NCBI GenBank assembly: GCA_009784615.1
Contig: WRBJ01000006.1
Location: forward strand, 5,760-69,759
DNA length: 64,000 nucleotides
DNA from: Defluviitaleaceae bacterium
Lineage (GTDB): Bacteria; Bacillota; Clostridia; Lachnospirales; WRAX01
Reading direction: 5' to 3'
In this document: in pieces, positions 40,130 to 48,850 of the stretch
Layout: each line of letters starts with the position of its first letter
How positions within the stretch are numbered: position 1 is the first letter of the stretch
The notes under the pieces: generated by a model
What the model saw: the letters and a program-made list of their open reading frames with translations, nothing else
What the model was told of the DNA's origin: nothing
The model's database searches: none
Program-made: the position numbers and the translations under genes

Positions 40130-41351
40130 AGTGGAATTGCTGGCACCCGCAGGCGATTTGGAGCGTTTGAAATATGCGGTGGAATATGGCGCAGACGCAG
40201 TATTTATTGGCGGCTCTGTGTTTGGTTTGCGGGCGAAAGCGAAAAATTTTGATATGGAACAGATGGCGCAGGGCGTGAAATATGCCCACGATAGAGGTGT
40301 AAAGGTTTTTGTGACGGCTAATGTTTTTGCACGTAATGATGATTTTGAAATTATGGGCGAATATTTTAAACAGGTGCAGGAAATTGGCGTTGATGCACTA
40401 ATTATAGCTGACCCTGGTGTTTTTACAGTAGCTAAACAGGCTGTACCAAATATGGAAATACATATTAGCACGCAGGCGAATATTACAAGCTATCAATCGG
40501 CTTTATTTTGGGCTAATCAGGGCGCACAGCGCATTGTGCTTGCCCGTGAGCTTGATTTTGAACAGATTAAGCAGTTGCACGAAAAAGTAGAGAACAAGGT
40601 TGAAATTGAGGCTTTTGTACACGGGTCTATGTGCATTTCATATTCGGGGCGTTGTCTTTTGTCGTCTTTTTTAAATCATAAAGATGCAAATAGAGGCGAA
40701 TGTACCAATGTTTGCCGTTATAATTTTGCGCTTATGGAAGAACGTAGGCAGGGTGAATATTTTCCTATTTATGAGGAAGAAAACGGCAGTTTTATACTTA
40801 ATTCTAAGGATTTGTGTATGATAGAATATATTCCAGAGATTGTAAATTCTGGTATATACTCATTTAAAATAGAAGGACGAATGAAAACACCCTATTATGT
40901 TGCGACTGTTGTTAAAGCCTATCGTGAAGCCATTGACGATTATTTTGCTGACCCTGAACTTTACGAGAGTAAAAAAAGTTATTATATGGGCGAATTGTTA
41001 AAATCTAGCAATCGTGACTTTACTACGGGCTTTTTCTTGGGTAACCCCAAAACCAGTGGGCAAGTTTATGGTGGTGAAGGATATTCTCGAACATATGACT
41101 TTTTGGGCGTTGTGCGGCATTATGACGAAACTACGGGCATTGCAACCATTGAACAGAGAAATAAATTTTTGTTGGGCGATACTATAGAATTTTTGCGGGC
41201 AGGCAAGCCTAATTTTACCCAAAAAATTGATTATATGACCGACGAGGAAGGCAACCCGATTGAAGCCGCACCTCATGCACAACAGATTGTTAAAATTAAG
41301 GTTGAACAGCCTGTTGGTACTATTGATATAATGCGTGGCTTGACTGCATAG
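40113..41351 (+). CDS. U32 family peptidase-like protein (TrhP-type tRNA hydroxylation)
   Basis: ELLAPAG, HISTQAN, VLARE, HGSMCISYSGRC, NRGEC...CR, FKIEGRMK. Confidence 0.92.
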   Translation: MKRTDKVELLAPAGDLERLKYAVEYGADAVFIGGSVFGLRAKAKNFDMEQMAQGVKYAHDRGVKVFVTANVFARNDDFEIMGEYFKQVQEIGVDALIIADPGVFTVAKQAVPNMEIHISTQANITSYQSALFWANQGAQRIVLARELDFEQIKQLHEKVENKVEIEAFVHGSMCISYSGRCLLSSFLNHKDANRGECTNVCRYNFALMEERRQGEYFPIYEEENGSFILNSKDLCMIEYIPEIVNSGIYSFKIEGRMKTPYYVATVVKAYREAIDDYFADPELYESKKSYYMGELLKSSNRDFTTGFFLGNPKTSGQVYGGEGYSRTYDFLGVVRHYDETTGIATIEQRNKFLLGDTIEFLRAGKPNFTQKIDYMTDEEGNPIEAAPHAQQIVKIKVEQPVGTIDIMRGLTA

Positions 41352-41497
41352 TTAAGCGTAATGCTTTGCAAAGTATCGAAAATCATTTAAAATCAGAAGA
41401 ATATGGTTATATTGCTGGGGAAATAAAAAATCTATCCAAATTTAATGATTGCCAAAGAAGAAGAAATAAATAAGCATATAATTTAGAAGGGAATTTG

Positions 41498-41656
41498 ATG
41501 AAGGTTAAAATCATTACAGCAAGTACAGAAAAAAGTTTACAAAAGAAGATAGATATGTTTTTAGAACAAGTACGAGGCATTGAGATTATTGATATGCAGT
41601 TTTCGGCGGGCTATGGGTTTATGGGGATAATGATACGGTATAAGAGAGTGATGTAA
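41498..41656 (+). CDS. Small Cse60-like (DUF2758) protein, 52 aa (not in the ORF track)
   Basis: MKVKIITASTEKSLQKKIDMFLEQVRGIEIIDMQFSAGYGFMGIMIRYKRVM; RBS gaaggga; stop overlaps the acpS start. Confidence 0.7.
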   Translation: MKVKIITASTEKSLQKKIDMFLEQVRGIEIIDMQFSAGYGFMGIMIRYKRVM

Positions 41657-42021
41657 TGGAAGTGCTTGGGATTGGTACGGATATTGTGACGGTTTTGCGT
41701 GTAGAGCGTGCTGTGGCTAATACGCACTTTTTGCGCAAGTGTTTTACTGATGGCGAGGTGGAATATTGTCGTGGCAAGGGTGTTGCGGCTATGCGCAGTT
41801 TTGCTGGTTTTTTTGCGGCGAAGGAAGCTGTTGCAAAGGCTTTGGGCGGCGGTTTTGTTGGGTTTTTGCCAAGAGATATTGAAATTTTGCATAATGCTTC
41901 AGGCAAGCCTTTTGTGCGGCTATCTTCTAATGTTGATGCGCCGCAGGATTGTGTGGTACATTTAAGTATTTCGCACGAGCGGGATTTTGCTGTGGCGATG
42001 GCTGTTGTTTGCAAGGGGTGA
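41656..42021 (+). CDS. acpS: Holo-ACP synthase
   Basis: GIGTDIV, FAAKEAVAKALG, GKP, LSISHE. Confidence 0.95.
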   Translation: MEVLGIGTDIVTVLRVERAVANTHFLRKCFTDGEVEYCRGKGVAAMRSFAGFFAAKEAVAKALGGGFVGFLPRDIEILHNASGKPFVRLSSNVDAPQDCVVHLSISHERDFAVAMAVVCKG

Positions 42022-42025
42022 TTTT

Positions 42026-43213
42026 TTGAGCAGAGATATTGATATACGTAAGTTTCACGAAAGCGGCGTAAAGAGGTCGGTTGGCGGCGAATTTGCGCCT
42101 AAGCCACCAAAGCGGAAGCTATACACATGGCTATTTTTTGTATTTATTTTTATTGTAATTGGTGCATATATTGCAGGTTATATTTACACTCATATGACGG
42201 GTGATGGTGTAGAGCTAATGCGTGTTGAGATGGGCTATGCAGTACCGCAGGCGGCATTTGATGGTGTGATTGTACGTGATGAGGTGGTGTACAGTGGTAT
42301 ACTTTTGCCCGCTTTTGATGAACATCAGCGTGTACGTGGAGGGCAAATGTTGGCTAGTGGTGTTTATGCACAATCTGCTGGCACGGTTTCTGGGTTGACC
42401 GACGGATTTGAGGGACTTTTGTCGCCACAGGGAATTACGGCTGTTACACGTGATATTATCGCCGATGTACAAAACGCAGAATTTACACAAGGTATTAGAG
42501 TGGTTACCAGCAACGATTGGTATATAGCGGCTTATATGCCTGCTGATTATGCCCGTAATTTACGTGCGGGGCTTACAATGACAATTTTTGTACATATTTC
42601 TGATGAAGACGATAAATTGCCGCTTGCTGTGATGGTAGAGCGGTTGCAACAACGTGTTGATGATTATTTTATAGTGTTTACGACAAATGCCGAGATGTTG
42701 CGGTTTATTGACGAGCGTGGTATTGTTTTTTCTATAAGCCAAAATCCTGTGGAGGGATACAAAATACCAAGAACTGCTTTGGTAGAGCGTAGTGTTTTTC
42801 CTGTACCCCGTGAGTTTGTAACTGATAGGTATTTGGGAACAAATACTGTGGAGATTGGGGATGGAAGGCGTGTGCCTGTTGGTGGATGGTTTGACGGTGA
42901 TTATTTTTTAATTTTGGCAGATGGCGGGTATTTGCGGGCTAATGATGTTATATTGGTTACAATTGATGAAAGCGATGAAACTTTAGTGCAAATTGAAAGC
43001 AAAACTTATACGCTGGATAGGATTGAAGTAGTAACGGGTGTTTTTCAGGTTAATATGGGTTTTACGACCTTTAGGACGGTTGTTTTGCCCGAAAATTATT
43101 CTAGGGATGATGAATATATAGTTCTTAACCCTGCAGAAAACCCATTTTTACGGCTTTTTGACTGGATTGCAAAAGATGCACGAAATGTAGATAATCGACT
43201 GCTGTTGAATTAA
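42026..43213 (+). CDS. Membrane-anchored HlyD/membrane-fusion-like hypothetical protein
   Basis: Single N-terminal TM; GVIVRDE, AGTVS..TDGFE, WYIA, GYKIP..A motifs; similar genes precede sepF in Clostridia. Confidence 0.65.
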   Translation: MSRDIDIRKFHESGVKRSVGGEFAPKPPKRKLYTWLFFVFIFIVIGAYIAGYIYTHMTGDGVELMRVEMGYAVPQAAFDGVIVRDEVVYSGILLPAFDEHQRVRGGQMLASGVYAQSAGTVSGLTDGFEGLLSPQGITAVTRDIIADVQNAEFTQGIRVVTSNDWYIAAYMPADYARNLRAGLTMTIFVHISDEDDKLPLAVMVERLQQRVDDYFIVFTTNAEMLRFIDERGIVFSISQNPVEGYKIPRTALVERSVFPVPREFVTDRYLGTNTVEIGDGRRVPVGGWFDGDYFLILADGGYLRANDVILVTIDESDETLVQIESKTYTLDRIEVVTGVFQVNMGFTTFRTVVLPENYSRDDEYIVLNPAENPFLRLFDWIAKDARNVDNRLLLN

Positions 43214-43252
43214 TAATGTTTCTGAATAAATTTGCGTGAATGTATTTATGTG

Positions 43253-43330
43253 TTTTCCACAAACTTCTCCACAAATCATCCACATTTCATTAAAATAGAT
43301 GTTGACAAGCCTATTTTTAATGTGTATAAT
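43253..43330 (+). promoter_or_regulatory. Three tandem DnaA-box-like 9-mers and a sigmaA promoter for sepF
   Basis: TTTTCCACA (43253), TTCTCCACA (43265), TCATCCACA (43276); TTGACA(43302)-17bp-TATAAT(43325). Confidence 0.7.
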
Positions 43331-43405
43331 GTTTTCAATGGCAATTTTATTTCGGATGAATAGCGAAGGATGTATTGTCAAAAATACGCCGAGGAGGATA
43401 ATATA

Positions 43406-43939
43406 ATGAGTGCAATGAGAAAAATTAAGGACTTTTTTGCTCATACAGGAGAAACAGAGTATCGTGAAATTGAGGAAGTGGTAGAGGATTACGATTATCC
43501 TGCTGAAGCGGATGATATTGTACCGTTTTCACGTGGGCGTGGTTTTGAGCGTGCTGGGGACACCATTTCGTTTACGCCGAAACGTCCTATGCCAAAAAGT
43601 GAGATTTTTGGTGACGATAGTACGGCGTTTGGCATTGGTGGTGTCAATGCTTTGCCGCAAATTATTTTGGCAAGCCCAAAGACTATTGACGAGGCATCGG
43701 GCGTTGCCGATATGCTTGAGCAAGGCAAAACTGTGTTGATTTGCCTTGATGATATTTCTTTTGAAGATAGTGTAAGAATAGTTGACTTTTTAAGTGGGTC
43801 AGTGTATACTAGCAAGGGAGCAATTACACAGACGCAAAAACGCAATTTTTTGGTTACGCCAAAGGGCGTAGAAGTTACCGAGCAACACAAGGAGCAACTA
43901 AAATCCAGCGGTATCTTGAAAAATGCGTTTCGTAGGTAG
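43406..43939 (+). CDS. sepF: Cell division protein SepF
   Basis: RIVDFLSG.VY...G.I, FLVTP..V; followed by yggT. Confidence 0.9.
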   Translation: MSAMRKIKDFFAHTGETEYREIEEVVEDYDYPAEADDIVPFSRGRGFERAGDTISFTPKRPMPKSEIFGDDSTAFGIGGVNALPQIILASPKTIDEASGVADMLEQGKTVLICLDDISFEDSVRIVDFLSGSVYTSKGAITQTQKRNFLVTPKGVEVTEQHKEQLKSSGILKNAFRR

Positions 43940-43963
43940 CAGAGGGTCTAGTTTTGGAGGATT

Positions 43964-44257
43964 TTGATGGTATATTCACAAGCGATTCAATTGGCGGTGC
44001 ATTGGTTTTTTGAAATATTGTGGTGGGCTATGGTGGCTAGAGCTATTTGCTCGTGGTTTCCATTTTTGCGGGATAGTTTTATTGGCGGCTTTTTATCCTT
44101 TGTTACCGAACCTTTTGTTTCGCCTGTTAGAAAATTAATTAACAAATCGCCGCTTGGCGGGGGTATGCTGGATTTTTCTTTGATAATAACATTGCTTTTA
44201 ATGCGATTGATTTTTCGTCCGATTTTACTAATGTTGGCAGCAATGATACCATTTTAG
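43964..44257 (+). CDS. YggT/YlmG family membrane protein
   Basis: RAICSWF, TEPFVSPVR, GMLDFS. Confidence 0.9.
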   Translation: MMVYSQAIQLAVHWFFEILWWAMVARAICSWFPFLRDSFIGGFLSFVTEPFVSPVRKLINKSPLGGGMLDFSLIITLLLMRLIFRPILLMLAAMIPF

Positions 44258-44264
44258 ATTTTAT

Positions 44265-44288
44265 GTAGGGCGACTTGACGGTCGCCCG
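44265..44288 (+). repeat. GTAG-tagged hairpin (REP-like, or terminator)
   Basis: gtagggcgac-ttgacg-gtcgcccg followed by a T run. Confidence 0.5.
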
Positions 44289-44306
44289 TTTTTGTACGGA
44301 GGAGAT

Positions 44307-45326
44307 ATGAAAAAAATAGGGATTTTGGGCGGCACATTTGACCCTCCGCATTTTGGACATATAAGGGCGGCACAGTGGGCTTGTGATGAATATGGTCTTG
44401 ACGAGGTGATTTTTTTGCCTACTGGAAACCCTGTTTTTAAGCAAGGCAAAGATGTAACGGATGCTGAAATGCGTTATGAAATGTGCTTGCTTGCTACGGC
44501 GGATTATCCGAATTTTTCGGTTAGTCGTATGGAAATTGAGCGTGAAGGTGCTACGTATACCATTGACACAATGCGGGAATTTGTAACTTTAATGCCTGAT
44601 GTACAGCTTTATTTTATCATTGGGGCAGATGCGGCAAGGTCTTTTGATAAGTGGCGGGATAGTGATGAAATTTTGCGGCTTTGTACTTTGTCAGAGGTGC
44701 CTAGGGTTGATGAAGATATTTCGTCTAGCCAAGTAAGAGAAGCGACTGGAACACTAAAGTCTTTGACGGGGCTTGTTGCGCCTAATGTTGCGGATTATAT
44801 ACGCCGCTACGGATTGTATAATAAGCATTTGCAAGGGGTTGCCAAGGAAGCTGTAGATTTGGCAAAATATTATAAGGTTGATGCAAAAAAGGCCTGTACT
44901 GCTGGGATTTTGCACGATTGTGCCAAACAGCTTTGTATGGAGATGAGCTTTGAAGAAATGCGAGAGATTTGTGCCGATGGCGGCATTGTGCTGGATGATT
45001 TTTTTGCTGAAAATAAAGAGATTGCACATTGTTATGTTGGTGCTGTTATTGCGCAGGAAATACACGGAATTGATGACCCTGAAATTTTGTCGGCTATAGC
45101 CAATCACACTTTTGGCAGTGATGATATGAACACGATGGATAAAATTGTATTTTTGGCAGATTTTTTTGAACCTAATCGTCCGCAAAATGATGTGCGCAAG
45201 ATAGCAAGAAAACTTGCTTATGAAGATATTGACAAGGCTATGGATTATGTGATAAACTATACTATCGAGAAAAATGTGAAAGAGGGAAGGGCGATTTATG
45301 CAAAAGGACGACAAAAAGGTTTTTGA
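44307..45326 (+). CDS. nadD: NadD (nicotinate-nucleotide adenylyltransferase)-YqeK (HD Ap4A hydrolase) fusion
   Basis: GGTFDPPHFGH, YTIDT, FIIGAD, ISSS then H..GVA, AGILHDCAK, H..VGA, HT.G, LADFFEPNR in one frame. Confidence 0.92.
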   Translation: MKKIGILGGTFDPPHFGHIRAAQWACDEYGLDEVIFLPTGNPVFKQGKDVTDAEMRYEMCLLATADYPNFSVSRMEIEREGATYTIDTMREFVTLMPDVQLYFIIGADAARSFDKWRDSDEILRLCTLSEVPRVDEDISSSQVREATGTLKSLTGLVAPNVADYIRRYGLYNKHLQGVAKEAVDLAKYYKVDAKKACTAGILHDCAKQLCMEMSFEEMREICADGGIVLDDFFAENKEIAHCYVGAVIAQEIHGIDDPEILSAIANHTFGSDDMNTMDKIVFLADFFEPNRPQNDVRKIARKLAYEDIDKAMDYVINYTIEKNVKEGRAIYAKGRQKGF

Positions 45327-45663
45327 AGCTGTAAAAGCGGCTTATGCAGCTGTTGAAGATAAAATGGGCGAAGATGTTGTTGTGCTTGATATAAGCAGTG
45401 TTAGCATAATTTCAGATTATTTTATTATTGCCAGTGCTAATAATTCTAACCAATTAAAGGCTATTGCAGATAATGTCGAGGAGAAATTGGCGGCACTTGG
45501 CATTACAATACGACATTTGGAAGGTGTACAGTCTGCCCGTTGGATTTTGATGGATTTTGGCTATATTATTGTGCATTTGTTTTGTAAAGAGGATAGGGAG
45601 TTTTATCGTCTTGAAAAACTTTGGGGTGATGCTAGGCATATTTTGCACGATGAATTAGTTTAG
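45298..45663 (+). CDS. rsfS: Ribosome silencing factor RsfS
   Basis: DKMGEDVVVLD, DYFIIAS, WILMDFG.IIVHLF, REFY.LEKLW. Confidence 0.95.
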   Translation: MQKDDKKVFEAVKAAYAAVEDKMGEDVVVLDISSVSIISDYFIIASANNSNQLKAIADNVEEKLAALGITIRHLEGVQSARWILMDFGYIIVHLFCKEDREFYRLEKLWGDARHILHDELV

Positions 45664-45689
45664 GGGAGCAAGAGCATAAGAAATAGGTT

Positions 45690-46107
45690 ATGCTTGCTTG
45701 TGCTAATTTTGGTAGGATTATTTTAGTAGCTTGCAATTATAATGCAGGTAATGAAAATAGAGCTTTAGCTGGAACAATTGTAATTGAAGGTAACTTACTT
45801 ACAATTACAACATCAGAAGTTTTTACTAATTTTGATAAAATGGACGAGCTTGCTTTGCGTGCTGTGCAAGTTGTAAATTATGAAAATATAGAGCAATTGT
45901 CAGAGTTTGGTTTAACACAAAGCGATATGCCAAGCGGAATAGCTATCCGTTTTTGATACAGAACCATATGTAAATGGGACAAGACGACGTGTTACAAATT
46001 CGCTTGACGAATTTATGGCTTATCATATGCCGAGTGTAATACATTTTATTGAAGTGCAAGATGGCAAGGTAATGCGTTTGGTGCAAGAATTTGCATTTAC
46101 GATATAA
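45690..46107 (+). pseudogene. Degenerate/frameshifted hypothetical lipoprotein
   Basis: LVAC lipobox-like N-terminus; stop at 45956 at a T5 run; the shifted frame continues DTEPYVNG...FIEVQDGKVMRLVQEFAFTI* to 46107. Confidence 0.5.
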
Positions 46108-46122
46108 TTATCGGGGGATAAG

Positions 46123-48090
46123 ATGGCGAAAAAACAGTATGGGAATGAGAGTATAACACAGCTTAAAGGAGCCGACAGGGTGCGATTGCGCCCGTCGGTT
46201 ATTTTTGGGTCAGATGGGCTTGAGGGTTGTCAACATTCTATTTTTGAGATAATATCAAATTCGATTGACGAAGCACGTGAGGGTTTTGGCGACCGTATTG
46301 AGATTATATTGCATGTCGATGGGTCTATAACAAATGCCGATTATGGGCGTGGTATACCTGTTGACTATAACTCTATTGAAGAAAAATATAATTGGGAACT
46401 TGTTTTTTGTGAGCTTTATGCGGGTGGTAAGTATAATAATAATGACAGCGACAATTATCAGTTTAGCTTGGGGCTAAACGGGCTTGGGCTTTGCTCTACG
46501 CAGTATGCTTCACGTTTTATGAATGTGAAGATTTATAGAGATGGCTATGAGTATAGCCTTAATTTTGAACGTGGCGAGAATGTTGGTGGGCTTTCTAAAG
46601 AATTGACGGATAGGGTACAGACAGGCACGATTATACATTGGATGCCCGATAATGAGGTATTTAAGGACATTGCTGTGCCGCTTGAGTTTTTTCAAGATAT
46701 GCTAAAAAAGCAGGCGGTTGTTAACCCGCAGGTTACTTTTGTTTTGACGGATGAGGCTAGTGGTGAGGAGTTTGTTTATCGCTATGAAACAGGGCTTGTT
46801 GGATATATTGAGGAGTTGACGGGCGGTGAAGGCTTTGTACCAACTGTGCTTTTTGAAAATGAAACAAAAGGGCGGGATAGGGAAGATTTACCCGAATATC
46901 GTGTTAAATTTTCTATGGCGTTTTGTTTTGATAATAAAAATAGTGTCAGCGAATATTTTCACAACAGTAGTTATTTGGAATATGGTGGGTCGCCGGAGCG
47001 TGCTGTAAAATCAGCTTTTACTGCGGCTATTGATACATATATTAAAAATAATGGTGGATATAAAAAGGATGAAAAAAAGATTGCTTTTGTAGATATTGAG
47101 GATAGTCTTGTGCTTATTTCGTCCAGTTTTTCGACAGTAACATCGTATGAAAATCAAACTAAAAAGGCTATTAACAATAAATTTATACAAGAAGCGATGA
47201 CAGAATATTTGCGCAAACAGCTTTCGGTATATTTGATTGAGAATAAGACAGAAGCAGACAAAATTGCGGCGCAGGTACTGGTTAATAAGCGGAGCAGGGA
47301 ATCTGCTGAAAAAACACGTCTTTCCATCAAGAAAAAATTGACGGGTGGCGTGGATTTTACTAATCGTGCAGAAAAATTTGTAAACTGCCGCACGAAAGAT
47401 ATTGAACGCAGAGAATTGTATATTGTAGAAGGAGATTCTGCTCTTGGTGCTTGCAAATTGGGGCGTGATGCAGAATTTCAAGCAATTATGCCTGTACGTG
47501 GTAAAATTCTAAATTGCTTAAAAGCCGACTATAACAAGATTTTTGCCAGCGATATTATTGTGGATTTAATACGGGTTTTGGGTTGCGGCGTAGAGGTGGA
47601 TAGTAAGCATAATAAGGATTTAAGTAGTTTTGATATGGACAAGCTGGTTTGGAGCAAGATTATTATTTGTACAGATGCCGATGTAGATGGTTTTCAAATA
47701 CGTACTCTTATTTTGGCGATGTTATATCGTTTGACCCCGCAGCTAATCACGCAAAACAAGGTTTTTATTGCAGAAAGCCCGCTTTATGAAATATCTAGTG
47801 GTGATGAAATTTATTTTGCATACAGCGACGCAGAAAAAAATACGATTACGAAGAAACTGAAAGGTAAAGTGCATATTCAACGAAGCAAAGGGCTTGGTGA
47901 AAATGAGCCAGATATGATGTGGCAAACCACAATGAACCCTGCAACACGTAAGTTGGTGCAGGTTTTGCCAGAAGATATAGAGGATACCCGCCAAATGTTT
48001 GACGTGCTTTTAGGCGATAACATCAAAGGACGCAAGGAATTTATAGAAGAACACGGACACCGCTATATTGAAATGGCAGATGTTAATTAA
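46123..48090 (+). CDS. Type IIA topoisomerase subunit B (GyrB/ParE-like, divergent clostridial paralog)
   Basis: EII.NSIDE, D.GRGIP, LYAGGKY, GLNGLG, VEGDSA, PVRGKILN, TDADVDG, RSKGLGE. Confidence 0.92.
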   Translation: MAKKQYGNESITQLKGADRVRLRPSVIFGSDGLEGCQHSIFEIISNSIDEAREGFGDRIEIILHVDGSITNADYGRGIPVDYNSIEEKYNWELVFCELYAGGKYNNNDSDNYQFSLGLNGLGLCSTQYASRFMNVKIYRDGYEYSLNFERGENVGGLSKELTDRVQTGTIIHWMPDNEVFKDIAVPLEFFQDMLKKQAVVNPQVTFVLTDEASGEEFVYRYETGLVGYIEELTGGEGFVPTVLFENETKGRDREDLPEYRVKFSMAFCFDNKNSVSEYFHNSSYLEYGGSPERAVKSAFTAAIDTYIKNNGGYKKDEKKIAFVDIEDSLVLISSSFSTVTSYENQTKKAINNKFIQEAMTEYLRKQLSVYLIENKTEADKIAAQVLVNKRSRESAEKTRLSIKKKLTGGVDFTNRAEKFVNCRTKDIERRELYIVEGDSALGACKLGRDAEFQAIMPVRGKILNCLKADYNKIFASDIIVDLIRVLGCGVEVDSKHNKDLSSFDMDKLVWSKIIICTDADVDGFQIRTLILAMLYRLTPQLITQNKVFIAESPLYEISSGDEIYFAYSDAEKNTITKKLKGKVHIQRSKGLGENEPDMMWQTTMNPATRKLVQVLPEDIEDTRQMFDVLLGDNIKGRKEFIEEHGHRYIEMADVN

Positions 48091-48109
48091 TTATTGGTAA
48101 GGTGATTGT

Positions 48110-48754
48110 GTGAAAGTGTTATGTATATCTGCATCAAATGATTTTAAAGATGGCGTAAAGGAAACTTCGTCATTTATTATTTGCAGGCGTGTAATTGATA
48201 AGATTAGAAATGGGATGCCACAAGCCGATTGTTCTATTTTAGAATTAAAAAAATATATGCCAAAACCTTGCACTAATTGCCAAAAATGCATAGATAGTAG
48301 CCGTTGTGTGGCGGGTGATGATGATTTTAATAAAATTTATGAACAAATACTTGGTTGTGATGTTTTGTTTATTGTTTCGCCACACTATGCACCAATTCCT
48401 GCTAAACTGTGTATGATAATGGAAAAGATGGAATCTATAACATTTAACCCTTGGTTGAGAGATAATTCTTACAAGTCGGATATTGTTGGTATACCGACTG
48501 GAGTTATATCTCACGGTGCGGCTGGTGCTGATTGGGCTTTAAGAGAATATGAAAAGGTAGTTAATTATCCAATTGCAAACTTTTTGTTTACAATACCATC
48601 ATCCCACGTAGAAAGCCGCCAATTAAAATTAGTGCCGCATAATGATGACTGGAAAGCGGGAATAAGCGTTCCGCCTGTAAAAAATTATAAAGATTGGTCG
48701 GACTTGCAGATTGTGATGTTTGAAGATTATATCAATAAAGTAATTTCTGCCTAG
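48110..48754 (+). CDS. Flavodoxin-like / iron-sulfur flavoprotein (NADPH-dependent FMN reductase family)
   Basis: PC..C..C.....C...DD, D.L.IVSP.Y..IPA.L. Confidence 0.8.
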   Translation: MKVLCISASNDFKDGVKETSSFIICRRVIDKIRNGMPQADCSILELKKYMPKPCTNCQKCIDSSRCVAGDDDFNKIYEQILGCDVLFIVSPHYAPIPAKLCMIMEKMESITFNPWLRDNSYKSDIVGIPTGVISHGAAGADWALREYEKVVNYPIANFLFTIPSSHVESRQLKLVPHNDDWKAGISVPPVKNYKDWSDLQIVMFEDYINKVISA

Positions 48755-48762
48755 GACTTGCG

Positions 48763-48779
48763 ATAACAAAACTGTTACA
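48763..48779 (-). promoter_or_regulatory. Candidate WalR box
   Basis: Minus strand TGTAAC-N5-TGTTAT, upstream of a secreted cell-wall-type protein. Confidence 0.5.
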
Positions 48780-48850
48780 TTTTTGTGTCAAAACTTGTCG
48801 AAACCGCAAAAATATGATAAAATGTTGAAAAACTATTTGAGGTGATATAG

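Noticed and set aside
43214-43400. Replication origin at the DnaA-box cluster
   Set aside because: Only three boxes, no dnaA/dnaN context and no switch in gene orientation
45954-45956. TGA read-through as selenocysteine in the 45690 ORF
   Set aside because: No redox motif context; the plausible continuation is in another frame
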